Shown here: piece after piece, positions 17,161-25,575 of the stretch
Layout: every line of letters begins with the position of its first letter
Position numbering within the stretch: position 1 is the stretch's first letter
Source of the DNA: a bacterium
GTDB lineage: Bacteria; JAJRZV01
NCBI GenBank assembly: GCA_024275095.1
Contig: JAJRZV010000075.1
Location: 1 to 32,877, forward strand
DNA: 32,877 bases
Direction of reading: 5' to 3'
The notes under the pieces: model-generated
What the model was told of the DNA's origin: nothing
What the model saw: only the letters and a program-made list of their open reading frames with translations
Database searches by the model: none
Made by a program: the position numbers and the translations under genes

Positions 17161-19022
17161 ATGTTAAATGGTGGAATCTCCATTTTTATGCATCCGTTGT
17201 CGCCAGCACGGGCCTGAATTTTTTGAGTTTTTTCCATTGTATAAAAAATCACTTCGTGTATAGAAGAAAGGTTATTTCCGCAGTAAGTGAGAGTAAAGGG
17301 TGATGTGTAGACGAAATCGCGGTCAATGACAGAATAATTATAGTTAAGAAAGTGCAAAATGACGTGGCCATCGCCCTTTACGGGAATAATGCCGAGGGTA
17401 TCGCTCGCATCTGTGAAGATGGATGTTTTGCCGCCCAGCCTTTCCTGCACGGTACTGATGAGTCGCTGGGCTATTTGGGAGCTGCCGGTGGACCAGTACG
17501 TGGAAGCTTGAGGGAGGTAAAGCACATCTATGCCCGCGCTTCGGGCCTTATTCAGTAAACCCGCAGGATCGTGACTGTTGCAGGGTTCGTAAGGGACGAT
17601 AATGAGCTTTACGTCGGGAAGCGTGGCAGAGGCGGTATTGGTGGAGACGAGGTCGCCATCTCCTTCGTAAAGTGCGACAAATGGAATGTGGGCTTTTTCG
17701 AGAAGAGTGGTCATTCCCAGGTAACCCGTGTGTACAGAGCCTGAAGGCATCCACGGGGTTGCAAATCCCTGGATTGTGTATTCTTCGAGAGCACATGAAT
17801 AGTCGTAGAACACGGCCACATCACCGATGGGTTCCGTTTCTCTTACAATGTCAGAGTGTTCACGGATGAATTCTGTTACCATCGCTGCGGTATCTGCTGG
17901 AAGTGTGGCTGCCCCGGATACCGTAGAGGTGCCACCGCCGAATACGTACGCGTGATAGGGAATGAGAAATGATGCCCCGGAGGCGGCGGCTTCGGCAAGC
18001 CTGAATGCAATGGCCTGCCACTGCCTGCCGGATATGGAAAGAGCGAGAAGGTCAATGATTGTCGGGAACATCACCACGGGTTTGCCCGGAGAGATGGCTC
18101 TTGCCAGCAGGTAGGTGCCAACGTATCTGGCGTAGGGTGGATACTCCACGAAATTTTCAGATACGGTGAAATCCATGTCTTCGATAAAATGTTGTTTGTT
18201 TGGAGTGTAAAAAAATGTGTTGGCAGCAAAGGCGATATCCCTGCCGGCATACTCTCTTGCAAAGGTGATGAGTTCCCGGATCTGCTCTTTTCTGCTTTTA
18301 AGCTGGAAATACACAAATTCTCTGCGCAGTGCAACGTTGGGGTCGCCTGCGGGTGTGCTGGCACCGTGCTGGATCAAATATTTCCTGTAGTCGAATGTAC
18401 TGATGTCAGTAATACCGAATTTTTCTAAAAGTTCATCCGGGCTGAACCTTTCAGCAAGGTAATTCCTGAAGGCCTGCATGCAATACTCGCAGAAACCGGC
18501 CACGTAAAGGTGCCCACCGATACCTTCTATCTCGTCGAAATGAACGGCGTCCACGCCACCGTCGATGTGTTCCTTGATGCGCTCTTTCATGAATTCCTGC
18601 CAGTGGGGATTATTGTGACATGGAAGGTAAGGAGGGTCAGGTTGAATCCACAGGGCCCTGACGGGATTGCCATGGATATCTCTGCAGGCAAAATCTTCAA
18701 GATTGGTTTCACTTCCGACAACAGAAGCACTGGCCTGCATGGTGGGAAAGTTGGAGGCCACCTTTATGCCGTGTCGATGGAGTTGTTCGACGTACGCGAG
18801 TTCTTCTGTATTGAACCCTCCGTGATAGACAGACCAGGTGATCACCTCCGCTCTCACATCCAGCAGGTATGAGAGAGGAGGTTTTCCGTAAACAAATACC
18901 GTGACGTCATTCAACCAATCGTTAGAAAAGATGTAAGGTCCTCCGCCTGACTCTGACACACACCCAGTTAATATGGCGGCGAATAAATATGCCCCCAGCA
19001 CCGACCATTTGAGATTAATCAT
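17139..19022 (-). CDS. Lipoprotein with a glycoside-hydrolase-like TIM barrel and a GH42-type middle domain
   Basis: Lipobox signal MINLKWSVLGAYLFAAILTG-C from the ATG at 19022 (ORF track start 19109). CHNNPHW...GVDAVHFDE...GFCEYCMQAFRNYL resembles the GH42 Zn/Cys motif; VAVFYD...LEKAHIPF resembles the GH42 trimerisation domain. Confidence 0.65.
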   Translation of the reverse strand: MINLKWSVLGAYLFAAILTGCVSESGGGPYIFSNDWLNDVTVFVYGKPPLSYLLDVRAEVITWSVYHGGFNTEELAYVEQLHRHGIKVASNFPTMQASASVVGSETNLEDFACRDIHGNPVRALWIQPDPPYLPCHNNPHWQEFMKERIKEHIDGGVDAVHFDEIEGIGGHLYVAGFCEYCMQAFRNYLAERFSPDELLEKFGITDISTFDYRKYLIQHGASTPAGDPNVALRREFVYFQLKSRKEQIRELITFAREYAGRDIAFAANTFFYTPNKQHFIEDMDFTVSENFVEYPPYARYVGTYLLARAISPGKPVVMFPTIIDLLALSISGRQWQAIAFRLAEAAASGASFLIPYHAYVFGGGTSTVSGAATLPADTAAMVTEFIREHSDIVRETEPIGDVAVFYDYSCALEEYTIQGFATPWMPSGSVHTGYLGMTTLLEKAHIPFVALYEGDGDLVSTNTASATLPDVKLIIVPYEPCNSHDPAGLLNKARSAGIDVLYLPQASTYWSTGSSQIAQRLISTVQERLGGKTSIFTDASDTLGIIPVKGDGHVILHFLNYNYSVIDRDFVYTSPFTLTYCGNNLSSIHEVIFYTMEKTQKIQARAGDNGCIKMEIPPFNMWGFVEL

Positions 19023-19181
19023 GTTCCCCATATTATAACGATATTGGGCCTGTGGGTAATGTGATTTAAAAAATTTTTTCAAGCTGCAGATAGAGTGATG
19101 AAATGCCATTCTTTTTTTGTCGGTAGAGAGAGCGAGTGATATGTGTTAAACTGGAATGGAAATTATTTTGGAGGTTTTTTT

Positions 19182-20558
19182 ATGAAGAAAAAAATTCTGC
19201 TTGTGGAGCCCCGCGGACGCGGTGAAAGTATGTTTGTCTATCAGTCCAATTTTCCCCTTATGGGTCCGGTTGTATTGGGTACCATTCTCAAAGCAAAAGG
19301 TCATGAAACCCTTGTGTACAGCGAAAGCATGGTCGGTAGTGATGTGCCTGATGCACTTCTTGCGTGGGCAGACGTGCTTTCCCTCTCTTTGCTGACGCTT
19401 ACATCTCTGAGAGGCTATCGTATTGCGCGTCGCTACAGGGAATTGAACCCCAAGGGTGTGGTGGTCCTTGGAGGAATACACCCGTCCTTTATGCCGGAAG
19501 AGGCACTGGAATATGCAGATTATGTTTTTTGTGGTGAGGGTGAGGAGGTGTTTCCTGACTTTTTGGAATTCGGCTCCGATGAGAAGATCATTACCGGCGG
19601 GAAGGTTTCGGATATGGATAGCCTGCCCATTCCGGACTGGACGATTGTCGCAGGCTTCGAGAAGGTGAAGGTTCAGCCCGTGATGACTTCCAGAGGGTGC
19701 CCTTATGATTGCAGTTTTTGCACGGTGACAGCCATGTTTGGAAGAAAGTTCAGGATGGCTTCTCCCGAGAGGGTCCTGGAAGAACTGAAAAGAACAGACA
19801 AAAGCATGGTGTTCTTTTATGACGATAACATGGTGGCTTCTCCTGCCCGGATGAGAAGAATTGCAGAGCTCATGATAGAGAGCAACCTTAAGATAAAATG
19901 GTATGCCCAGATGCGCGCTGACGCGTCACGGGATCCCGAACTCTTACGCCTCATGCACAGGTCCGGTCTGCGTCACGCGTTTATCGGCTTCGAATCGGTG
20001 AGTGATGCAACACTGGAGGAGTACAACAAACAGCAATCCGCCGAACAGATAAAAGCGGCCATAAAGGCGTTTCATGAGGCCGGCGTGGGTGTGCACGGGA
20101 TGTTTGTTTACGGGTCGGATGCTGACACCCCCGATATTTTTGGAGAAACGCTGCGATTTTGTCGTGATGCGCGGTTGGATACAGCACAGTTTGCGGCATT
20201 AACACCTTTTCCCGGCACCAGACTTTACGAGAAACTGCAGCGTGAGAATCGGATCCTGCACTCACGCTGGGATTTTTACGATGGGTTGCACGTGGTGTTC
20301 AAGCCCAGGAACATGTCACCGGTGGACCTTCAGCAGGGGGTATTTCAATCGTTTCAGGATTTTTACTCTCTTATTTACACTTTTGGTGATGCACTTGATG
20401 CAGTGGCGGTGGAGGTGCTTTCATTTTTCAGAAAGAAGGCAATACCCGGCGTGAGGGATGCCATTATAAGAGCTGTCGTCAGGTCGTCTTTCATGAAATG
20501 GAAGCGTAAAGACTGGTGGTATCTCGATTATCTGGGAAACTTCTGCGAGACCGTTTGA
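19182..20558 (+). CDS. B12-binding-domain radical SAM protein (class B-like)
   Basis: N-terminal cobalamin-binding region (VLGGIHPS, GEGE), TSRGCPYDCSFC (CxxxCxxC), FYDDN, IGFES, LTPFPGT. ATG at 19182 follows GGAGG. Confidence 0.93.
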   Translation: MKKKILLVEPRGRGESMFVYQSNFPLMGPVVLGTILKAKGHETLVYSESMVGSDVPDALLAWADVLSLSLLTLTSLRGYRIARRYRELNPKGVVVLGGIHPSFMPEEALEYADYVFCGEGEEVFPDFLEFGSDEKIITGGKVSDMDSLPIPDWTIVAGFEKVKVQPVMTSRGCPYDCSFCTVTAMFGRKFRMASPERVLEELKRTDKSMVFFYDDNMVASPARMRRIAELMIESNLKIKWYAQMRADASRDPELLRLMHRSGLRHAFIGFESVSDATLEEYNKQQSAEQIKAAIKAFHEAGVGVHGMFVYGSDADTPDIFGETLRFCRDARLDTAQFAALTPFPGTRLYEKLQRENRILHSRWDFYDGLHVVFKPRNMSPVDLQQGVFQSFQDFYSLIYTFGDALDAVAVEVLSFFRKKAIPGVRDAIIRAVVRSSFMKWKRKDWWYLDYLGNFCETV

Positions 20559-20661
20559 TGATATATACAATCCTGGTGTCGGAATGTATAAGTAAAACCC
20601 TTCTGGTCAAAAGTACTATGAGGTCAAGAACAATATTTTTCTCTCAAGCAAGTGTATGATG

Positions 20662-20733
20662 TGGCGGCGGTAGGAGTCGAACCTACGACACAGGGCTTAT
20701 GAGACCCCCGCTCTACCGCTGAGCTACGCCGCC
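20662..20733 (-). tRNA. tRNA with CAU anticodon, most likely elongator tRNA-Met; CCA not encoded
   Basis: Minus strand folds as a cloverleaf: GGCGGCG-TA-GCTC-AGCGGTA-GAGC-G-GGGGT-CTCATAA-GCCCT-GTGTC-GTAGG-TTCGACT-CCTAC-CGCCGCC-A. G1-C72 is paired, so it is not the initiator. Confidence 0.93.
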
Positions 20734-20752
20734 ACGTTTTTCGTGTTACCTA

Positions 20753-20782
20753 TTTATAATGAATAATCACTGCTGCGGTCAA
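20753..20782 (-). promoter_or_regulatory. Possible sigma70 promoter for the tRNA
   Basis: Minus strand TTGACC-N18-TATAAA, about 20 nt upstream of the tRNA 5' end. Confidence 0.4.
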
Positions 20783-20800
20783 GGTGCCCTGTTGCTCTTG

Positions 20801-21955
20801 TTACTGAGTACCTGCCGTAATGTTTTCAGGGTAAGCACTTTCAGTAAGAAAAAGGATTTTAACCGGGGGCAGAGCCGTGGAAATACGCGTCATATCCCCT
20901 GTGGCTTCGTTGACTATGACGATGCCCGGGTTCTGAAAGTCGTTGTTTGCAATCCAGATTTCACCGTTATTCACTTCTAAATCGGAGATAGTGAAACCGT
21001 CAGCCTGGAATATCACGTCGGTGCTTCCTGTGGGGAAGTCATAGCTCACAACAGACATTTTGCAGCCGGAGGCACCCCAGATTCCACATTCTCTGGTGGC
21101 GACGATTGCGAACAATGTAGCTGCGTCTTCTGAGATGGAAATATCAAAGAGGTTTCCCCCCAGTACGCTTTCAGTAATTTCAAGCGAGGCTGTAAGTGCC
21201 ACGGGGTCAATCGCCACCACGCCGCCGTCACCCACTCTGTCATTGTATCCAGCGCACGGGAGATAAAAGACATCTTGAGAAGGGTTTTCCACAAAATCTT
21301 CCACGGGGTTTGACACTGGAAGGGGAATAACCTTTGCAATTTTTGAGGTTTCGGTATTCAGCACCGCCACTGCAGAACCGTCTGTGGTGATGGACCACGG
21401 CCAGCCTTTGTCTGTAACCCAGCGCTGTAACGCGATGAACACAGTGCCGTTTTTCTCTGCGAGATATGCGGCTTCCGGGTTACCGTCGGAGTCGGCATAT
21501 GCACTGATGTCCACCGGAGATGTTACAGAAAGGGAAGGCACAGGGCTCATGACCAGGATCTGCGGAACACCGTACCGTGACACGTACGCTTTGCCGTCTA
21601 CAAATTCAATGTCATAGGGATTGGAGCCGCTACCTGTTGATACCTGGTAAATGGTGGCGAAGCCCTGCCGGGGATCTATGACCTGGACGTTGTCGGCATA
21701 CATGCGGTTGATCACGTAAATAAGGCCGTCGTGAAGTACGGCCTGGTCCACGTCGGAACCCACCGTTCCACTTTTTTCGTAGACAACACTTCTGCTTTCC
21801 AAGTCAACAACGCTGAAGCCACCGGTCGTGTAATCCGTGCTGAGGATGAAAGCCCCGGCCACACCTTCGGCTTTTTCTGGACCGTTGTCCCCGCATCCAG
21901 CGGAGAGCACAGCGAGGACGAGCAAGACAGTTACAGCACTACCACATTTTTTCAT
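20801..21955 (-). CDS. Lipoprotein, probable beta-propeller (YncE/BtuG-like); last gene of the cobalamin uptake operon
   Basis: Lipobox MKKCGSAVTVLLVLAVLSAG-C from the ATG at 21955 with a GAGGAGG RBS. Repeated beta-blade motifs: LIYVINR, NVQVIDP, SNPYDIEF..GKAYVS, VFIALQR, VVAIDP. Confidence 0.75.
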   Translation of the reverse strand: MKKCGSAVTVLLVLAVLSAGCGDNGPEKAEGVAGAFILSTDYTTGGFSVVDLESRSVVYEKSGTVGSDVDQAVLHDGLIYVINRMYADNVQVIDPRQGFATIYQVSTGSGSNPYDIEFVDGKAYVSRYGVPQILVMSPVPSLSVTSPVDISAYADSDGNPEAAYLAEKNGTVFIALQRWVTDKGWPWSITTDGSAVAVLNTETSKIAKVIPLPVSNPVEDFVENPSQDVFYLPCAGYNDRVGDGGVVAIDPVALTASLEITESVLGGNLFDISISEDAATLFAIVATRECGIWGASGCKMSVVSYDFPTGSTDVIFQADGFTISDLEVNNGEIWIANNDFQNPGIVIVNEATGDMTRISTALPPVKILFLTESAYPENITAGTQ

Positions 21956-21966
21956 GTGACACCTCC

Positions 21967-23877
21967 TCACGTGTTTTTTTGAAATTTTGGTGAATACTGG
22001 ACGTAGAAATATAACCCGCGTCCCGGGAGCGGATACCCCAGGAAGTCGTACTCGCGTGTGTTAAAAACATTTCGTACAGTGAGTTTTACAGTCATCTGGT
22101 TTTTCCAGATCCCAAGTGCCATGGAAAACGTGTGCGTGGCAAATGGACCGACATGGAAGGCATTGGTTCTGTCCAGAAATTTTTTACTTTCAAAGCGTAT
22201 CCTGTAGGTGAAAGAGAAAGGTTCCAGGTTGTATTGAAACATGAACACACCCGAAAGGAGAGGTTGGCCCGGTATGTATTTGCCCTTCCAGAACGGGACA
22301 CTCCCGGTGTCACGGGTGTAAATGATGTTGACAGTAGCCGTTGCCATCCATCGCTTCAATCGGTAGTGACCGGATATTTCTGCGCCTGCGGAAACGGCGG
22401 AGTCTACACTTTCAGCACGCACGGTAAACTGAGAGTTCTGGATGAAAATGTGCAGGTCCCTTGCAGATACGAGAAAAAGCGTGCATTCGAGGTAAAGTGA
22501 CGGCCGGTGAAATCTTATACCGGTTTCATATGTGGTTCGCTTTTCCGGGGATATGTCAGGGTTGGGAGCGATGAATCCTCTGTCCCCGGCAATTTCCGCC
22601 ATGGAAGGTGGTTGCACCAGATGAGTGATGTTGAAAAACACTGAAAAACGGCTGTTGGAGCGCCAGAGAAGCCCTGCCGAAGGTTCCACAAACCAGTAAA
22701 CGTTGCGTTCTATTTTGGCATTCACAGGAAACAGGGGGCGGCCTGATAGACGAAAGTGAACAAGGCGCAGGCGTCCAAATGTCCGCAGATTGGTAAATTT
22801 TCTGCTCATGTCCACATTGAAGAAAACGTGTGATGTGTGGAACCCGTACGTACCGTTATTAATGTAGTCGCGCCCCTTTTCTGACGAGAGGAAGATTCCA
22901 GCCCCTGTAGAGATGAACCATGCTCTAACAGTAGTGGGAATGTATATTTTTATGCCGCCTTCCTCGAGCAGGCCTTTTTCATCCTGAGAAAGCAGTCCCA
23001 CCTCACTGTAAGGGTCGTAGAAGCGTTTGCTGGAGAACCGGGCGTGCATCGTGACTTCCGCATGCCGGGGCTTCTGCAACCTGAGCGTGCTTCCTGCAAC
23101 AACTGTGGCATCCTTGTATCGTGCTGCAGATGATTGAAAGGTGTATATACCCGGAATGCCGCTTTCACGTTTAACGGCAGTGATGAAACTCCTTGTTTCA
23201 ATGTGCTCGCTGTTTGTGGAGATAAAGAGGTATCCGCCTCCCGTGGAGTGGTCGTTGTTCGCACGTGTCACTTCGATGTCGTCGTCGGGGTTAAAGGGGG
23301 TGCCGTTGTCGCTGAGAAAGGTAAAATCACCTCGCGTGTAGTTGTATCCACTTCCTGCAGCAATGCTGAATCTCTTTGTAGATGTGCCCCAGAATACATG
23401 GCCTCCTCCGGTGGAAAATGACCCTGCGTAGGTGCTCAGGGTAAATCCCTGAATGCGTTGTTTAAGGTGGAGGTTTACTGCACCGGCTCCGGAGAGAGGA
23501 GAGAGACTTGAGGGAATGTAGGAGCGGTACAGGTCGGCGTTTTCAAACATCCACGCAGGAAGGCTGCCGAGGTCCTGGATGCCGAACCTTGCGTCACCGA
23601 GTGGTACGCCTTCCAGAAATATGCCCACGGCGGACGTGGAAGAACCACGTATGGAAACGGCTGAAAAGGCACCGCTCCCTGTAAGTTCACGCGATACCAC
23701 ACCAGGTGTTAATGCGAGTATCTGGGCCAGGTTTTCATTCCCGCTAAACGCTCTGGTGATGTTTACCGAACCTGAGGCCAGGGCAGGGTCCGGCGGTGCG
23801 GTGGAGGTAAGCTGGATAGGAGCGCGGTATAAAGTGCCCTGTATGAACGCGAGCAAGGCAAGAACTTTCAGCATCAT
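21967..23877 (-). CDS. btuB: TonB-dependent outer-membrane receptor, probable cobalamin receptor (BtuB-like)
   Basis: Plug motifs LALTPGV, VSIRGS, IFLEGVP, GAVNL; barrel motifs NPDISPEK, VRNVFN..Y, YPLPGR; lies in the cobalamin-riboswitch operon. Confidence 0.8.
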   Translation of the reverse strand: MMLKVLALLAFIQGTLYRAPIQLTSTAPPDPALASGSVNITRAFSGNENLAQILALTPGVVSRELTGSGAFSAVSIRGSSTSAVGIFLEGVPLGDARFGIQDLGSLPAWMFENADLYRSYIPSSLSPLSGAGAVNLHLKQRIQGFTLSTYAGSFSTGGGHVFWGTSTKRFSIAAGSGYNYTRGDFTFLSDNGTPFNPDDDIEVTRANNDHSTGGGYLFISTNSEHIETRSFITAVKRESGIPGIYTFQSSAARYKDATVVAGSTLRLQKPRHAEVTMHARFSSKRFYDPYSEVGLLSQDEKGLLEEGGIKIYIPTTVRAWFISTGAGIFLSSEKGRDYINNGTYGFHTSHVFFNVDMSRKFTNLRTFGRLRLVHFRLSGRPLFPVNAKIERNVYWFVEPSAGLLWRSNSRFSVFFNITHLVQPPSMAEIAGDRGFIAPNPDISPEKRTTYETGIRFHRPSLYLECTLFLVSARDLHIFIQNSQFTVRAESVDSAVSAGAEISGHYRLKRWMATATVNIIYTRDTGSVPFWKGKYIPGQPLLSGVFMFQYNLEPFSFTYRIRFESKKFLDRTNAFHVGPFATHTFSMALGIWKNQMTVKLTVRNVFNTREYDFLGYPLPGRGLYFYVQYSPKFQKNT

Positions 23878-24644
23878 TTTGGCGGTTCTGCGACAATGTG
23901 ATAGTGCCCCTCAGGTGATCGGTGCACGTGAATTTTTACCTGAAAGGCGTGTTCTAACACGTGGGTGCCGACAAGTTCATCAGGAGTGCCTGAAAAGATG
24001 ATTTTGTGACCTGATAACACGTATACAGTATCTGCAATGCTGAGTGCCGTGGAGAGGTCCTGGGTAACGAATACAATGGCCTTGCCGCTGGCGCGGAGTT
24101 TTTTGATGACTTCTACCGCGGCTACTGATGCGCGGATGTCCATGAAAGGTGCAACTTCGTCGAAAAGAATGTAATGACTTTTGCCCACAAGTGCAGTTGC
24201 GAACGCCACGCGGGCTTTTTCACCCTGGCTCAGGTGATTGAAATCTCTTTCCAGCAGATGAATGATTTTTAACTCTTCTGCAGCATTTTCTACAGTCCTT
24301 ATGTCATTCTCAGTAAACGGCTGCAGCAAGCCGCGTAACGGAATGCGTGAGAGAAGTAAGAAGTGTTTTACCTTCATGGGATGAGGTAATTCATTGTAAA
24401 AGCAGATGTACCTTACAAGTTGAGCACGGGCTTTACGAGATAGATTAAAAAGGTTGTTCCCTTCCACATATACGTGTCCACGTGAGGGGTGGAGTATACC
24501 GGCAAGAATTTTGAGTAATGTGGTTTTCCCGGCGGCGTTGGGGCCAATGATGCACGTGATCTTTCCTGATGCGGCCAATACGGACACGCCCCGAAGTACG
24601 GTGTTTGTGCCGTAATGGTAATGTATGTCTTCAGCCCTGAGCAC
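23874..24644 (-). CDS. btuD: ABC transporter ATP-binding subunit (BtuD/FepC-like) with atypical motifs
   Basis: Walker A GPNAAGKTT, signature LSQGE, Walker B ILFDE. Start placed at GTG 24644 after GGAGG. Confidence 0.85.
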   Translation of the reverse strand: MLRAEDIHYHYGTNTVLRGVSVLAASGKITCIIGPNAAGKTTLLKILAGILHPSRGHVYVEGNNLFNLSRKARAQLVRYICFYNELPHPMKVKHFLLLSRIPLRGLLQPFTENDIRTVENAAEELKIIHLLERDFNHLSQGEKARVAFATALVGKSHYILFDEVAPFMDIRASVAAVEVIKKLRASGKAIVFVTQDLSTALSIADTVYVLSGHKIIFSGTPDELVGTHVLEHAFQVKIHVHRSPEGHYHIVAEPPK

Positions 24645-25575
24645 GTACGGCCCTCCACATGAGATATGCAAGTGCAGGTGCTCCAATAACAGCCGTGACA
24701 ATGCCCACCGGCACCTCTACAGGAAAGGCGCTTCGTGCGAGCGTATCAGCGAGTGTGAGAAAAGCACCACCTGTAAACGCCGAGAGAAAAATTACACGAA
24801 ATGCTCTGCGATACCCGGTGAGCCTCACCACGTGCGGTATCACAAGCCCGACGAACCCCACAATGCCGCAGATGGCCACAGCAAGTGCTGTAAGGACCGA
24901 TGTCACGATAAGTGTGAGCAGGAGAATTTGAGACGGCTGAATTCCTACAGAAAATGCAAAGTCTTCCCCTGCATTGAGTGCTTCCAGTGGCCGTGAGAGC
25001 AACAGGAGAAAGGGAAGAGTAACAGCCCCTCCTCCTAAAGCAATGAAGAGCGTTTTTGCTGTGCCCAGTGATAACTGGCCGCTGAGGAACGCTAAGGTTG
25101 AAGCATAACGTTCTGGCAGGAATGCAACAATGTTTAACATGACGAGTGCAGCTGCAAAGGTGCTTATAGCAATTCCTGCAAGTATTACAGTTGCAGGGGA
25201 AAATCGGCCGGTACCTCCAGCAATAAAAATTGTTGCAAGTGCTGCTGTGCCTCCACCTGCAAAACCTGCCAGCCATAACAGCTCCGAAGGCAGGCCTGCA
25301 ATAATCCAGCCTGTCATGCCGAGCGCAGCTCCGGAAGAGATCCCTATCAAATAGGGGTCTGCCAGGGGATTGCGCAATGCCATTTGAAGCGCAGCACCTG
25401 ATGAGGCCAGATAAGCTCCTACCAGTACCCCCGCGGACGTTCTCATAAGCCTGAGAGTGAAGATCGGACCTTTAGGAAGATAGAATCCAGAGGAGCCCCA
25501 CAGAAGTGATAGCAGGACAGCAAGAATGCATAATGAAAGAAGTATCAAGGGTCTTGCTGCTGCTTTAGCGCGCAT
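24631..25575 (-). CDS. btuC: FecCD/BtuC-family ABC transporter permease
   Basis: LRNPLADPYLIGISSGAALG, GEDFAFSVG, GIVGFVGLVIPHVVR, PVGIVTAVIGAP; ATG at 25575. Confidence 0.92.
   Translation of the reverse strand: MRAKAAARPLILLSLCILAVLLSLLWGSSGFYLPKGPIFTLRLMRTSAGVLVGAYLASSGAALQMALRNPLADPYLIGISSGAALGMTGWIIAGLPSELLWLAGFAGGGTAALATIFIAGGTGRFSPATVILAGIAISTFAAALVMLNIVAFLPERYASTLAFLSGQLSLGTAKTLFIALGGGAVTLPFLLLLSRPLEALNAGEDFAFSVGIQPSQILLLTLIVTSVLTALAVAICGIVGFVGLVIPHVVRLTGYRRAFRVIFLSAFTGGAFLTLADTLARSAFPVEVPVGIVTAVIGAPALAYLMWRAVRAQG

Noticed and set aside
19023-19181. N-terminal extensions in the ORF track for the lipoprotein (19109) and the radical SAM gene (19143)
   Set aside because: Downstream ATGs give a proper lipoprotein signal and an RBS-preceded start; this stretch is better read as a divergent promoter region
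20559-20661. Short GGTCAA direct repeat in the AT-rich spacer beside the tRNA
   Set aside because: Only two 6-bp copies between convergent genes; compatible with chance
15302-20733. Possible genomic island integrated at the tRNA 3' end
   Set aside because: No integrase and no duplicated tRNA 3' fragment found in the window
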